Source of the DNA: Bacteroidota bacterium
GTDB lineage: Bacteria; Bacteroidota; Bacteroidia; Flavobacteriales; Flavobacteriaceae
Assembly (NCBI GenBank): GCA_027619415.1
Contig: JAQCFO010000003.1
Location: forward strand, 45,596 to 109,595
Direction of reading: 5' to 3'
DNA length: 64,000 bases
Positions 52,370 to 61,785 of this stretch are shown piece after piece; position 1 is the first letter of the stretch, and the number at the start of each line of letters is the position of its first letter. A model generated the notes under the pieces. It was not told the origin of the DNA. It searched no databases and saw nothing but the letters and a program-made list of their open reading frames with translations. The translations under genes and the position numbers were made by a program.

Positions 52370-53296
52370 TTGTTGTCAAAAAATACTGTTTTAAAATTTA
52401 ACGCTTGGGTTTCTGCCGCCAGGCTAAGAACGCTTCCTTTGTCAGTGTCAGGGGTTTTTATTGGCTCTTTTGCATCTTATAGCACTCTCAATTTTAACTT
52501 ATTAATTTTTATACTTGCTGTAGCAACCACTATATCATATCAGGTTCTTTCCAATTTTGCAAATGACTATGGTGACGGAATAAAAGGGGCTGACAAAGAC
52601 AGAATTGGGCCAGAAAGAGCTCTTCAGTCGGGAATTATTGGCCCTCAAGAAATGAAAAGAGGAATAATAACAACGTCTGTTATATCTCTTTTTTTAACAG
52701 TTTTATTAGTTTACATCTGCTTTAGCAAAGATTTTTTCTCTTTTGTCATGTTTATTGGATTAGGAGTTTTAGCAATTGTTGCCGCAATAAAATATACTGT
52801 AGGTAAAAACGCTTATGGGTACAGTGGCTACGGAGATCTTTTTGTATTTGTTTTTTTTGGATTGGTTAGCGTTTTAGGCTCTAATTTTTTATTTACATCC
52901 TCTTTAAATTTTTCGCTTTTTTATCCGGCCTGTACGGTTGGGCTTTTAGGAGCTGGTGTGTTAAATTTAAACAACATGAGAGATTTGGAAAATGATCAAT
53001 TAATGGGAAAAAAAACTCTGGCCGTTTGTCTTGGAGGTCACTTTTCTAGACGATATCACTATCTTTTAGTTTCTGTTTCCATTGTTTTAATGGTTGTGTT
53101 TTTGTTTAAATTAAACCCAAACTCTTCTTTGTTAACAGGGCTTTTTGCATCAATTATTTTATGGTTAATTGCGCATCTGATCCAAATATCTAATATTATT
53201 GAGCCTAAAAACTTTGATGATTTTTTAAAACCTCTTGTCTTTGCTGTTGTTTTTTACTCGATGGTTTTATCCTTACATTACTTAGAATATTTCTAG
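52370..53296 (+). CDS. menA: 1,4-dihydroxy-2-naphthoate polyprenyltransferase
   Basis: UbiA family NDYGDGIKGAD and NNMRDLENDQ motifs. TTG start, with no nearby ATG. Confidence 0.9.
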   Translation: MLSKNTVLKFNAWVSAARLRTLPLSVSGVFIGSFASYSTLNFNLLIFILAVATTISYQVLSNFANDYGDGIKGADKDRIGPERALQSGIIGPQEMKRGIITTSVISLFLTVLLVYICFSKDFFSFVMFIGLGVLAIVAAIKYTVGKNAYGYSGYGDLFVFVFFGLVSVLGSNFLFTSSLNFSLFYPACTVGLLGAGVLNLNNMRDLENDQLMGKKTLAVCLGGHFSRRYHYLLVSVSIVLMVVFLFKLNPNSSLLTGLFASIILWLIAHLIQISNIIEPKNFDDFLKPLVFAVVFYSMVLSLHYLEYF

Positions 53297-53299
53297 TTA

Positions 53300-54352
53300 A
53301 TGAAAGCGTATTATTTTAGACATTTATTGAACTTTAAAACTCCTGGAGGAACTTCAAGAGGGGTCTTAAATTCTAAAGAAAGTTGGTTTCTGGTAATCGT
53401 TGATAATAATAGCTATGGCATTGGAGAATGCAGTTTAATAAACGGGCTTAGCCCAGATCCACAATCTACATTTGAAGACAAATTATCTGAAGTGTGTTGT
53501 AACATTTCTCTTGGTTTTGAGAAACTAAAATCTAAGCTTGAACCCTATCCTTCCATTGTTTTTGGTCTTGAAACAGCTTTTTTGTCTTTAAAATGTTCTG
53601 ATCCATTTATTTTACAAAATTCTGATTTTGTTAAAGGAGAAGATTCAATTCCTATTAACGGATTAATTTGGATGGGCGAAAAATCTTTTATGATAAAGCA
53701 GATAAAAGAGAAAATTGATAATGGGTTCGACTGTATTAAAATTAAAGTTGGTGCTTTAAATTTTGATTTAGAATGTGAGGTTCTAAAATTTCTTAGACTT
53801 GAATATTCTTTGAATGATATAGAAATTAGAGTAGATGCTAACGGTGCTTTTAGCACTGTCTCTGCTCTTGAAAAGTTAAAAAAACTGTCTGAATATGACC
53901 TTCATTCTATAGAACAACCTATAAGGCCTAAAATGCATGAGGAAATGGCTTTTTTATGTGAAAAATCTCCTTTAGCAATTGCATTAGACGAAGAATTAAT
54001 AGGGGTTACAAAGATTAAGGATCAGAAGAAAATGCTCGATGAAATAAGGCCTTCTTATGTCGTTTTAAAGCCAAGTTTGATAGGGGGGCTAAAAGCAGCA
54101 GATTCTTGGATTGAAATTGCCAATTCACAAAAAATAAAATGGTGGTCAACCAGTGCTCTTGAAAGTAATGTTGGCTTAAATGCTATTTCTCAATGGGTGT
54201 TTAAAAAGGGCTCTATAATGAAACAGGGCCTTGGGACTGGAACACTCTATTCAAACAACATAAATTCACCTTATTATATTGAAAAAGGGCGCTTAAAATA
54301 CAATCCGAAAAAAAAGTGGGAAACAAAATTGTTTAATAATTTGATTTTTTAA
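53300..54352 (+). CDS. menC: o-succinylbenzoate synthase (enolase superfamily)
   Basis: KIKVG, VDANG, IEQP and LDEE motifs, plus its position in the men block. Confidence 0.85.
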   Translation: MKAYYFRHLLNFKTPGGTSRGVLNSKESWFLVIVDNNSYGIGECSLINGLSPDPQSTFEDKLSEVCCNISLGFEKLKSKLEPYPSIVFGLETAFLSLKCSDPFILQNSDFVKGEDSIPINGLIWMGEKSFMIKQIKEKIDNGFDCIKIKVGALNFDLECEVLKFLRLEYSLNDIEIRVDANGAFSTVSALEKLKKLSEYDLHSIEQPIRPKMHEEMAFLCEKSPLAIALDEELIGVTKIKDQKKMLDEIRPSYVVLKPSLIGGLKAADSWIEIANSQKIKWWSTSALESNVGLNAISQWVFKKGSIMKQGLGTGTLYSNNINSPYYIEKGRLKYNPKKKWETKLFNNLIF

Positions 54353-54357
54353 ACTCT

Positions 54358-55413
54358 ATGGCCGAAATAAATTTTCTTATTCATCCGAGTTTTAAATTAC
54401 ATGGCGTTTCATATAACAAGCGTTCTTTAATTGAACATTGCAGTAAGTCATTATTTAAAGATAATGAAGTTTTTGTTTTTATTTTAGATTGGTTAAGCGA
54501 TGACTTAAACATTAAGATTCAGTCTTCTGGTTCGACAGGGCAAAAAAAAGTTTTTTTAGCTCAAAAAAATGCAATGATTCAGTCAGCAATAAATACTGGA
54601 AAATTTTTTAAACTAAAAGAAGGAGACAGGACCTTGCTGTGTTTGCCCATTAGTTTTATTGCAGGGAAAATGGTGGTGGCTAGAGCCTTAGTTTTAGGTT
54701 TGGATTTGTTTGTTCAAAAGCCTGATGACAGCCCAATCAAAGACTCGTCTAAAAGCTTTGAATTTGTTGCTATGACTCCTTACCAGCTAGAGAAATCCAT
54801 TCCCTATATTAATAAAATTAATTGTTTAATTGTGGGGGGAAGTCCTACCAGACCTGCGCTTCAAAAACAGCTTTTCAACAACTCTTCAGGGGTTTTTGAG
54901 ACTTACGGAATGTCCGAAACCCTGTCTCACGTAGCCATAAAGAGTTTAAGTAAGGGGGAAAATGGGTTTACGGCAATTCCTGGTGTTTCTTTTAAATCCA
55001 GACAGGGCTATTTGGAAATTAACGCTCCTTATCTTTCTAATCTCCCTATCATAACAAAAGATAAAATCGAGCTTGTTTCTAAGACAAAGTTTATTTGGAT
55101 TGGCAGAGGTGACTTTATAATTAATTCTGGAGGCATTAAGATTTTGCCAGAAGAAGTTGAAAGAACCTTAAGCTTTTATTACTTGGAAAGTTTTGCGATT
55201 TGCGGGGTGCCTGATAAAGTTCTTGGAGAAAAATCTGTTTTAGTCTTTGAGGGAAAAATTCCTAGCGATGCGGTTAATGCTTTTCAAAATTTGAAGAAGT
55301 TTGAAAGACCTAAAAACATCTATTGTTTAAAAAAATTCGAGAGAATTAACGGAAAAATAAATCGTTTACAGCTTAAAAAAAATCTTTTAAAATTAATTAA
55401 TGAACGAAACTAA
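54358..55413 (+). CDS. menE: o-succinylbenzoate--CoA ligase (short AMP-binding enzyme)
   Basis: SSGSTGQKK, ETYGMSET and GRGDFIINSGG motifs, plus men context. Confidence 0.8.
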   Translation: MAEINFLIHPSFKLHGVSYNKRSLIEHCSKSLFKDNEVFVFILDWLSDDLNIKIQSSGSTGQKKVFLAQKNAMIQSAINTGKFFKLKEGDRTLLCLPISFIAGKMVVARALVLGLDLFVQKPDDSPIKDSSKSFEFVAMTPYQLEKSIPYINKINCLIVGGSPTRPALQKQLFNNSSGVFETYGMSETLSHVAIKSLSKGENGFTAIPGVSFKSRQGYLEINAPYLSNLPIITKDKIELVSKTKFIWIGRGDFIINSGGIKILPEEVERTLSFYYLESFAICGVPDKVLGEKSVLVFEGKIPSDAVNAFQNLKKFERPKNIYCLKKFERINGKINRLQLKKNLLKLINERN

Positions 55414-56023
55414 AGAAGAAGAATTTTGGAACACACTTACTCACTTTATTGGGTTTGTTCTTAGCTTAATTGGCCTGCCTATTTTGCTTTTTTACAATCA
55501 AAACCTTGAGGTTTTTAGCACTGAAAGTATTTTGTTTTTTGAGTTTGGTATGATTTGCCTCTATGCGGCGTCAACATTATATCATTATGCTGCCGATATA
55601 AGGCTAAAAAGCAAGCTTAGGATATTTGATCATGTAAGTATTTTCTATCTAATTGCGGGTTCATATGCTCCAATTTGTTTAATAACTTTATATGATGGGA
55701 GTGGGGCTGAAATCTTTATTGCGGTTCTGGCAATTGCCTTGATTGGAACAGTGTTTAAAATTTTTTTTACTGGAAAATTTGAAAAACTTTCTCTGGCACT
55801 TTATCTTGCAATGGGATGGCTGGTTATTCTAGATTTTAAAAGTGTTTTTAATGTTCTTGAGTTTAACGGTTTATTGTTGTTGATTTTAAGTGGTCTTTTT
55901 TATTCTTTTGGCACTGTTTTTTATAGTCTTGGCAAAATGAAATATTCACATGCTATTTGGCATTTATTTGTTCTTGGAGGAAGTATCTCTCATTATTTGT
56001 TAGTTTTATTTTATATTATTTAA
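55400..56023 (+). CDS. hemolysin III / PAQR family membrane protein
   Basis: Seven TM helices, FDHVSIFYLIAGSY and HAIWHLFVLGGS. Confidence 0.88.
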   Translation: MNETKEEEFWNTLTHFIGFVLSLIGLPILLFYNQNLEVFSTESILFFEFGMICLYAASTLYHYAADIRLKSKLRIFDHVSIFYLIAGSYAPICLITLYDGSGAEIFIAVLAIALIGTVFKIFFTGKFEKLSLALYLAMGWLVILDFKSVFNVLEFNGLLLLILSGLFYSFGTVFYSLGKMKYSHAIWHLFVLGGSISHYLLVLFYII

Positions 56024-56053
56024 CTTAAAGGATATTTTATAAACTCTGTTTAA

Positions 56054-57100
56054 ATGATTAAAAAAAACTCTCGTAGATCTTTTATTAAAAAAGCCTCTTT
56101 AGCGGCTTCTATCCCCTTATACATACCTTCTCTTTATGGCTTCTCCAAGTTAACTTTAGATGACCCTATCGGACATGGTGACTTTAAGTTTATAGTCAAT
56201 AAAGGTTGGGGGGTTCAAAACTCAAATGCTTATCCTGTAAATCACTGTCACGAAATGGTTATGGATTCCAAAAACAGGATTCTTTTAACTACCACACATC
56301 CTAAAAATAATATTTTAATATATGATCGTTCTGGAAAAATTTTAGATTCTTGGGGTTTAAATTATCCTGGTGCTCATGGCCTTTCCATTATTGATCAAGG
56401 GGGAGAGGAATTCTTGTTTATTACCGACCCAGACTCTAATAGGTTTTGCAAAACAACTCTTAAAGGCGAGAAACTTATAGAATTATCCTATCCTAAAGAG
56501 GTTAAAGCTTATGCTAATGCCTCACAGTTTAAGCCTACAGAAATTGCCATTGCAGAAAATGGTGATTTTTATGTCGCAGATGGATATGGATTAGATTATG
56601 TCATTCAATACGATAGTAAAGGGAATTATATTCGTCATTTTGGAGGCCACGGCGATGGAAATGATTTGTTTGATTGTTGTCATGGAATAACAATAGACAG
56701 TAGAGACAGCTCTAACCCTACTCTATTAATCTCTTCAAGAAGTAAAAATGAATTTAAACGATTTTCTCTTGACGGAAAATGGATAGAAACTATTAAGCTT
56801 CCTGGCTGCTACGTTTGTAGGCCAGTAATTAAAGGTGACTTTCTGTTGTTTGCAGTCATAGTCACTAAAGATTGGGGAGTGTATGATGGAATGCTTGCCA
56901 TTTTAGATAAAAACAATAAAGTTGTTTCATTTCCAGGAGGTAGCTCTCCTTTATATTATGAAAAAACACTTGTGAAGCCTGAATATGATCAAGTCAGTTT
57001 TAGAAACCCTCACGATATTTGTATTGACAACGACTGGAATCTTTATGTTCCTCAATGGAATTCTGGAAAAACATACCCAATTAAATTAGCTCGAGTATAA
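56054..57100 (+). CDS. Tat-exported six-bladed beta-propeller (NHL-repeat / peptidyl-alpha-hydroxyglycine lyase-like) protein
   Basis: SRRSFIKKASLAAS signal and repeated YVADGYG / HGITID type blades. Confidence 0.65.
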   Translation: MIKKNSRRSFIKKASLAASIPLYIPSLYGFSKLTLDDPIGHGDFKFIVNKGWGVQNSNAYPVNHCHEMVMDSKNRILLTTTHPKNNILIYDRSGKILDSWGLNYPGAHGLSIIDQGGEEFLFITDPDSNRFCKTTLKGEKLIELSYPKEVKAYANASQFKPTEIAIAENGDFYVADGYGLDYVIQYDSKGNYIRHFGGHGDGNDLFDCCHGITIDSRDSSNPTLLISSRSKNEFKRFSLDGKWIETIKLPGCYVCRPVIKGDFLLFAVIVTKDWGVYDGMLAILDKNNKVVSFPGGSSPLYYEKTLVKPEYDQVSFRNPHDICIDNDWNLYVPQWNSGKTYPIKLARV

Positions 57101-57105
57101 ATTTT

Positions 57106-57648
57106 ATGTCTAAATATTTGTTTTTTTTATTTTCAATCACTATGTTTTCTCAACAACCCGAAACCCAACAATACATTATTGTAAAATCAATGGACGGTGT
57201 TGATATAAGGTATTATCCGCCGTCGATGAAGGCAAAAGTCACTTCTAATAATAATTTTTCAAAGCTGTTTAAATATATCAGTGGACATAATTTAGATAAC
57301 ACAAAAATTGCCATGACTACTCCTGTTTACATGACTAACAAAGGGGGTTTAAGCACCATGGAGTTTGTTCTACCTTCTAGGTATTTGGATACAAGCGTTA
57401 TTTTGCCTAAAGACAATAGTATTGAAGTTTATCGCTCTAAAGAAGGGGTGTTTGCTGCTATTTCATATGGCGGATATTCTAACTCAGAAAAGATCGCAAA
57501 AAACTATCGGTTGCTAATTGAAAAATTAACACAAGAAAATATAATGATGATTAGCGACTCGCCCATTGTACTCTCCTATGACGCTCCCTATAAGGTTTTT
57601 AATAGAAGAAATGAAATTCTGCTTGAGGTTGTTTATGGGACTAATTAG
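57106..57648 (+). CDS. SOUL heme-binding family protein
   Basis: IAMTTPV and MEFVLPS motifs, signal peptide, 180 aa. Confidence 0.78.
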   Translation: MSKYLFFLFSITMFSQQPETQQYIIVKSMDGVDIRYYPPSMKAKVTSNNNFSKLFKYISGHNLDNTKIAMTTPVYMTNKGGLSTMEFVLPSRYLDTSVILPKDNSIEVYRSKEGVFAAISYGGYSNSEKIAKNYRLLIEKLTQENIMMISDSPIVLSYDAPYKVFNRRNEILLEVVYGTN

Positions 57649-60265
57649 AGCTTGGTGTTGAAAAGGGCGTTTCCGAACTCATCATTTCTAGTATTAGTTT
57701 TTTTAAGCCCTTTTCAAATTCGTCAATATGAGAAACATTAATAAAGCTTGTTTTCTCTGTTGTATTATTTACTGTCAATTTCATCAGTCCGCTATTTAAA
57801 TCTCTCAAAGAAATAATTCCTGCTTCTAGCCCTTTAAGACTTGGACTGCTCTTTAAATACATGCTCGAGTAACACATTAATTGCATTGCTTTAGTTTGAG
57901 ATGAGTTGTTGCAAAGAGTAGATGGGTGCTTTATTTTTAAATCCCCAGAATTCATTAGCCCTGTTTTATAGTCAATTATCCTGATGGTTTCGTTTCTAAT
58001 ATCAACCCTGTCTATAACACCTTTTAGCTTAACTGGATAGTTTAATTCGCTAATCTCTATGGACTGACTAATTCTTTGCTCTAGAGCCATGATCTTGATG
58101 GTGTTTCCTTTTTTTAAATCTTCCATCTCCATTAAGACGAATTTTTTAATTGCATTTTTAATCACTTCAAATGCAATAAGATTTTTTCCAGAATTAAACT
58201 CTAGTTCATGATTATTGACAAAGCCCGACTTAACAGCGCCCTCTATTTTATTTAACACAACGCCTAACAACTGAGTGGTGATTGTTTTATTTACCAGAGG
58301 CTTATAAAGCTCTTCAATGGATTCGTGAAAAATAAGCCCAACAATTCTTGAGCTAATCGATTCTTCTTCGTCATTATTAGAATTTAATTTATGGACCTTT
58401 GAGTAGTAAAAATCCTCAGGATCTTTTAAATAAGCTTCTAATGAAGATGGGGAGAATCCGCTAATAGCGAGTTGTTTTAGCAATTCTAAACATCGAGGTG
58501 ATTTTGCAATTTCTCTTTCATCGTTGTTGTCTGACAAGTTTGGTGTAGTTCTTTTATAAATCAACTGATGATTATCAAGCCCTTCCATTTCTAGCTGATG
58601 GATAAGTCTGCTTTTTTCTCCTCCTTTAATTCCTTCATTAATCCCGTTGTATATCAAGTATATGTTTTTTGCTCTTTGAAGAAGCCTATAAAAGTGGTAC
58701 GTATTCGTTTTATCTCTTTCGTTAAAGGTTAATAATTTATATTTTTTTCTAAGATCAAAAGGGATTAATGAGTCAAAGCTTTTGCTTTTCGGAAGAAACC
58801 CTTCATTTACGGAGCTTATAATAACCGTTTCAAAGTCTAGCGCCCGGGTTTCTAAAAGTCCCATAATTTGAGTCATGGCCGTGATGTCAGATTCATAAGG
58901 GAGATGTATTTCATCTAAAAATGTAACTAAAACATCTTTTAAAGCCTTAATGTTGTTGATGTTTTTGTTTTCTTTTATTAATGTCTTTGATTCTGATAGA
59001 ATTTCTAAAATTAATTTTGACTCTTTAAGATCTGTTTCGTTAAAACTTTTATTAAGAGACAACTCTTCTACAAAGCAAATAAGATTGTCTAGGGCTTCTG
59101 CTGGTGATTTCCATTTTTTTAAAATTAGTGATAAAAGAATGTTTTTGTTTTCTGCGTTTAAATCCTGGGAAGCGGTTCTAATGATTCTAGAAGAAAGTAT
59201 TGAATCTGTTTGTTTGTTTGTTTTAATTTTTAAGTTATTTAACTGTCTTTCTAGGGTCAGCTTTAAAAGTTTTTTTAGCTCTAGCATGCTAGAAGGGATT
59301 GCTGAACCAATGCTAATGTCTTTTATGTTGCTGGGCAGGTGATTCAAAACAGGCTCAATTATAGTTTCATCTCCCAGAATCACAGCTACTTTTTTTAATT
59401 TGTCCTTGTTAAGAACAAAGAGTATTTCTCCTATTTCCTTTGCTTGTCCAATAGACTTTGTTGCTTCTATAATGCTAATTGTCTTTGATCCCTTAAACTC
59501 TTCTGAAACCCAGTTAAACGGATTCCTAATGTAATGATCCCAGCTGTTTTTGTATTTTTTAATGAAGTGTGCTGCTCCATGATTTTTGTTGTCCATAAAA
59601 GACCGGTCAATGTCCCAATAAATCTCCCCTTGATTAAAGCTCAACAGCTCTTTAATAATTAATTCTTCCGATTTACTTAGTGCATTTAAGCCTATGAAAA
59701 CATGTTGAGTGTTTTTGTTCGTCTCTTTGTAATGTTCTAAATTTTTTTGAGCTTCACTATAGCAAATTCCTTTTGTTCCCTCTTGATTGTCTATTAGTTT
59801 TTTTTTAAAATCTTCATAAAGCTTAGGCAGTTGTTCCCAAAAAAGATCAGTTTCTATATTGTTTTCTCCCCAGTTTTTTATTTTATTGATTTCTGCTAAT
59901 TCTTTTAACACAACTTGCGCGTCTAGCAGATTTTGTTCAATTTCAATTGTGTCGTTAATAAATGTTCCTCCCCAATCGCTGAAGGTTTGTATATTTTTGT
60001 TTGTTTGTTTGTTTGTAGAGCAATATGCTGAGAACAACTTAAGTTGAGCTCTTGAGTTTTTTATTTCTTTTAATCCTGATATTCTAATAATAAACGAATC
60101 TATGCTTTCGGTTCTTGGAGCAAAAAAAGGACGTTTCGTTTGTGCTAAAAGAAGGCTTCTAAACGCCATTGATGAGCGCTTATTAGGAAATACGAAGCAA
60201 GCTTTTTCTATGTTAATATCTTTTCTTTGTACGTCTTCTAAAACTTTGTCTAAAAAAGGCTTCAT
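57641..60265 (-). CDS. PD-(D/E)XK nuclease family protein (AddB/RexB-like)
   Basis: 874 aa with C-terminal nuclease motif ...RVDIRNETIRIIDYKTG. Partner of the helicase at 61786. Confidence 0.8.
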   Translation of the reverse strand: MKPFLDKVLEDVQRKDINIEKACFVFPNKRSSMAFRSLLLAQTKRPFFAPRTESIDSFIIRISGLKEIKNSRAQLKLFSAYCSTNKQTNKNIQTFSDWGGTFINDTIEIEQNLLDAQVVLKELAEINKIKNWGENNIETDLFWEQLPKLYEDFKKKLIDNQEGTKGICYSEAQKNLEHYKETNKNTQHVFIGLNALSKSEELIIKELLSFNQGEIYWDIDRSFMDNKNHGAAHFIKKYKNSWDHYIRNPFNWVSEEFKGSKTISIIEATKSIGQAKEIGEILFVLNKDKLKKVAVILGDETIIEPVLNHLPSNIKDISIGSAIPSSMLELKKLLKLTLERQLNNLKIKTNKQTDSILSSRIIRTASQDLNAENKNILLSLILKKWKSPAEALDNLICFVEELSLNKSFNETDLKESKLILEILSESKTLIKENKNINNIKALKDVLVTFLDEIHLPYESDITAMTQIMGLLETRALDFETVIISSVNEGFLPKSKSFDSLIPFDLRKKYKLLTFNERDKTNTYHFYRLLQRAKNIYLIYNGINEGIKGGEKSRLIHQLEMEGLDNHQLIYKRTTPNLSDNNDEREIAKSPRCLELLKQLAISGFSPSSLEAYLKDPEDFYYSKVHKLNSNNDEEESISSRIVGLIFHESIEELYKPLVNKTITTQLLGVVLNKIEGAVKSGFVNNHELEFNSGKNLIAFEVIKNAIKKFVLMEMEDLKKGNTIKIMALEQRISQSIEISELNYPVKLKGVIDRVDIRNETIRIIDYKTGLMNSGDLKIKHPSTLCNNSSQTKAMQLMCYSSMYLKSSPSLKGLEAGIISLRDLNSGLMKLTVNNTTEKTSFINVSHIDEFEKGLKKLILEMMSSETPFSTPSSN
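59208..59223. repeat. (GTTT)4 tetranucleotide repeat inside the AddB-like gene
   Basis: Read directly. Encodes KTNKQT on the minus strand. Confidence 0.9.
59996..60015. repeat. (TTTG)5 tetranucleotide repeat inside the AddB-like gene
   Basis: Read directly. Encodes TNKQTNK on the minus strand, about codon 85. Confidence 0.9.
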
Positions 60266-60280
60266 AGATTTAAAACAAAA

Positions 60281-60307
60281 AAGCGTCTAATTTAAAATTA
60301 GACGCTT
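60281..60307 (-). terminator. rho-independent terminator of ompA
   Basis: AAGCGTCTAAT / ATTAGACGCTT 11-bp stem with a 5-nt loop. On the minus strand a T-rich tract (complement of 60271-60280) follows it, ending 6 nt before the next gene's ATG. Confidence 0.75.
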
Positions 60308-60330
60308 TTAATATGATTTTTATTTCTTAA

Positions 60331-61704
60331 TTAGTCTACTACCTTGAATTCAACTCTTCTATTGTTGATTCTCCCTTTTCTAGTGCCATTAGAGGCATTG
60401 GGCTTGTCTTCACCAAAACCTATGGTTGACATTCTGTCAGAGCTAATTCCTAAATTGACTAGGTAATCTTTAACCGAGCTTGCTCTTTCTTCTGAAAGTT
60501 TTTGATTAAAGGTTTTAGGCCCTGAATTATCCGTGTGACCTTCAAGAATAAATATAGTTTGAGAATAGTTTGTCATTATTGAGGCAACTTCATCCAGAAG
60601 ACCCTTTACTTTCGGTCCTAGTTTAGCCTTGTTTAATTCAAATGGGATCATCGCTCCAATTGCATTCAATTTTGCTATAATTTCTTCAGAAGGTTGAGGG
60701 CAGCCAAAATTATTTGCTAAACCTACAACGTTAGGGCATTTATCATCCTTGTCTAAAACAGTATCTCCGTCAGTGTCTGGCCACGGGCAACCATTGTTTT
60801 CGGTTGGTCCTGCTACGTCATCACATCCGTCAACATTGTCAGAAACTCCATCTCCATCAGAATCAGGACAGCCTCCCATTTCTATTGACCCAGCCTCATT
60901 TACGCAAGCATCTTTTGCGTCAGGGGTTCCATCACCATCCGTATCAGGACAGCCATTAAATTCTAATAACCCAGCAACATCAGGACATGAATCTTTGCTG
61001 TTTTCTATTCCATCACCGTCATTATCTGGACAGCCATTAAAAGCTGGCAAACCAGGCTGATTAGGGCAATCGTCATATTGGTCATAAACTCCATCTCTGT
61101 CTGAATCCTTTCCTCCAAAATTAACCGCTACCCCAACGTTGTGCTGAAAGTGAGCTCTTAAGTCTTGCATGTCATTAAAAGCATGCTTGTATGTTGAGTT
61201 TAATTTTATCGAAACCTTGTCATTAACTGGAAAACTCACTCCCATTCCTGCATTCATTGTCATAGATTTTTGATTTCCAAACCAAGTATATCCTGTTCCT
61301 GCTTCAAGAAAAGGATCAATATTGCAAATTGAAAAAAATTCTGGCAAATTATACGCTACAACTAGGTCTAAACTTGCAATTCTTTTTCCAGACATTCTGT
61401 CATTGCCCATTCTAGAAATTGAGTTTAACGATCCTCTTAGCCCATAAGAAACAGCTTCTGTACCATACCTTGACAAGGCAATAGTGTTTATTGCTGTTTG
61501 TGTGTTCCAGTTCTCTTGAATGTTAAAATATTCACTGAACCACTGTCCTGTAGCGTTGTTTCCGCTATCTGTTCCAACTGGGTGGAAGTCCACGGCGTTA
61601 GTCCCAAAAGTTATCTCCCACTGATTGTTTTTATCTTGCGCCACAGTAGCGCTTACATAAAACAGTACCGCAAAAACTAATATTATTTTTCCTAATTTTT
61701 TCAT
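60331..61704 (-). CDS. OmpA family outer-membrane protein with thrombospondin type-3 repeats
   Basis: Signal peptide, beta-barrel region, six or more DxDxDGxxDxxDxCP repeats, and a C-terminal OmpA domain (LEGHTDNSG...NRRVEF). Confidence 0.9.
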   Translation of the reverse strand: MKKLGKIILVFAVLFYVSATVAQDKNNQWEITFGTNAVDFHPVGTDSGNNATGQWFSEYFNIQENWNTQTAINTIALSRYGTEAVSYGLRGSLNSISRMGNDRMSGKRIASLDLVVAYNLPEFFSICNIDPFLEAGTGYTWFGNQKSMTMNAGMGVSFPVNDKVSIKLNSTYKHAFNDMQDLRAHFQHNVGVAVNFGGKDSDRDGVYDQYDDCPNQPGLPAFNGCPDNDGDGIENSKDSCPDVAGLLEFNGCPDTDGDGTPDAKDACVNEAGSIEMGGCPDSDGDGVSDNVDGCDDVAGPTENNGCPWPDTDGDTVLDKDDKCPNVVGLANNFGCPQPSEEIIAKLNAIGAMIPFELNKAKLGPKVKGLLDEVASIMTNYSQTIFILEGHTDNSGPKTFNQKLSEERASSVKDYLVNLGISSDRMSTIGFGEDKPNASNGTRKGRINNRRVEFKVVD

Positions 61705-61785
61705 TATAATTTTTTTTAAAAATTTTATATCTACAAACTTAATAAATTTATAGAATATAAAATGTTTATTCTTAGGCTTTTTGCC

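Noticed and set aside
60749-61060. 103-aa plus-strand ORF rich in PS/SG repeats (..PSPSESGQPP..).
   Set aside because: It is the antisense reading of the thrombospondin type-3 repeat region of ompA. Its periodicity comes from the DxDxDG repeats.
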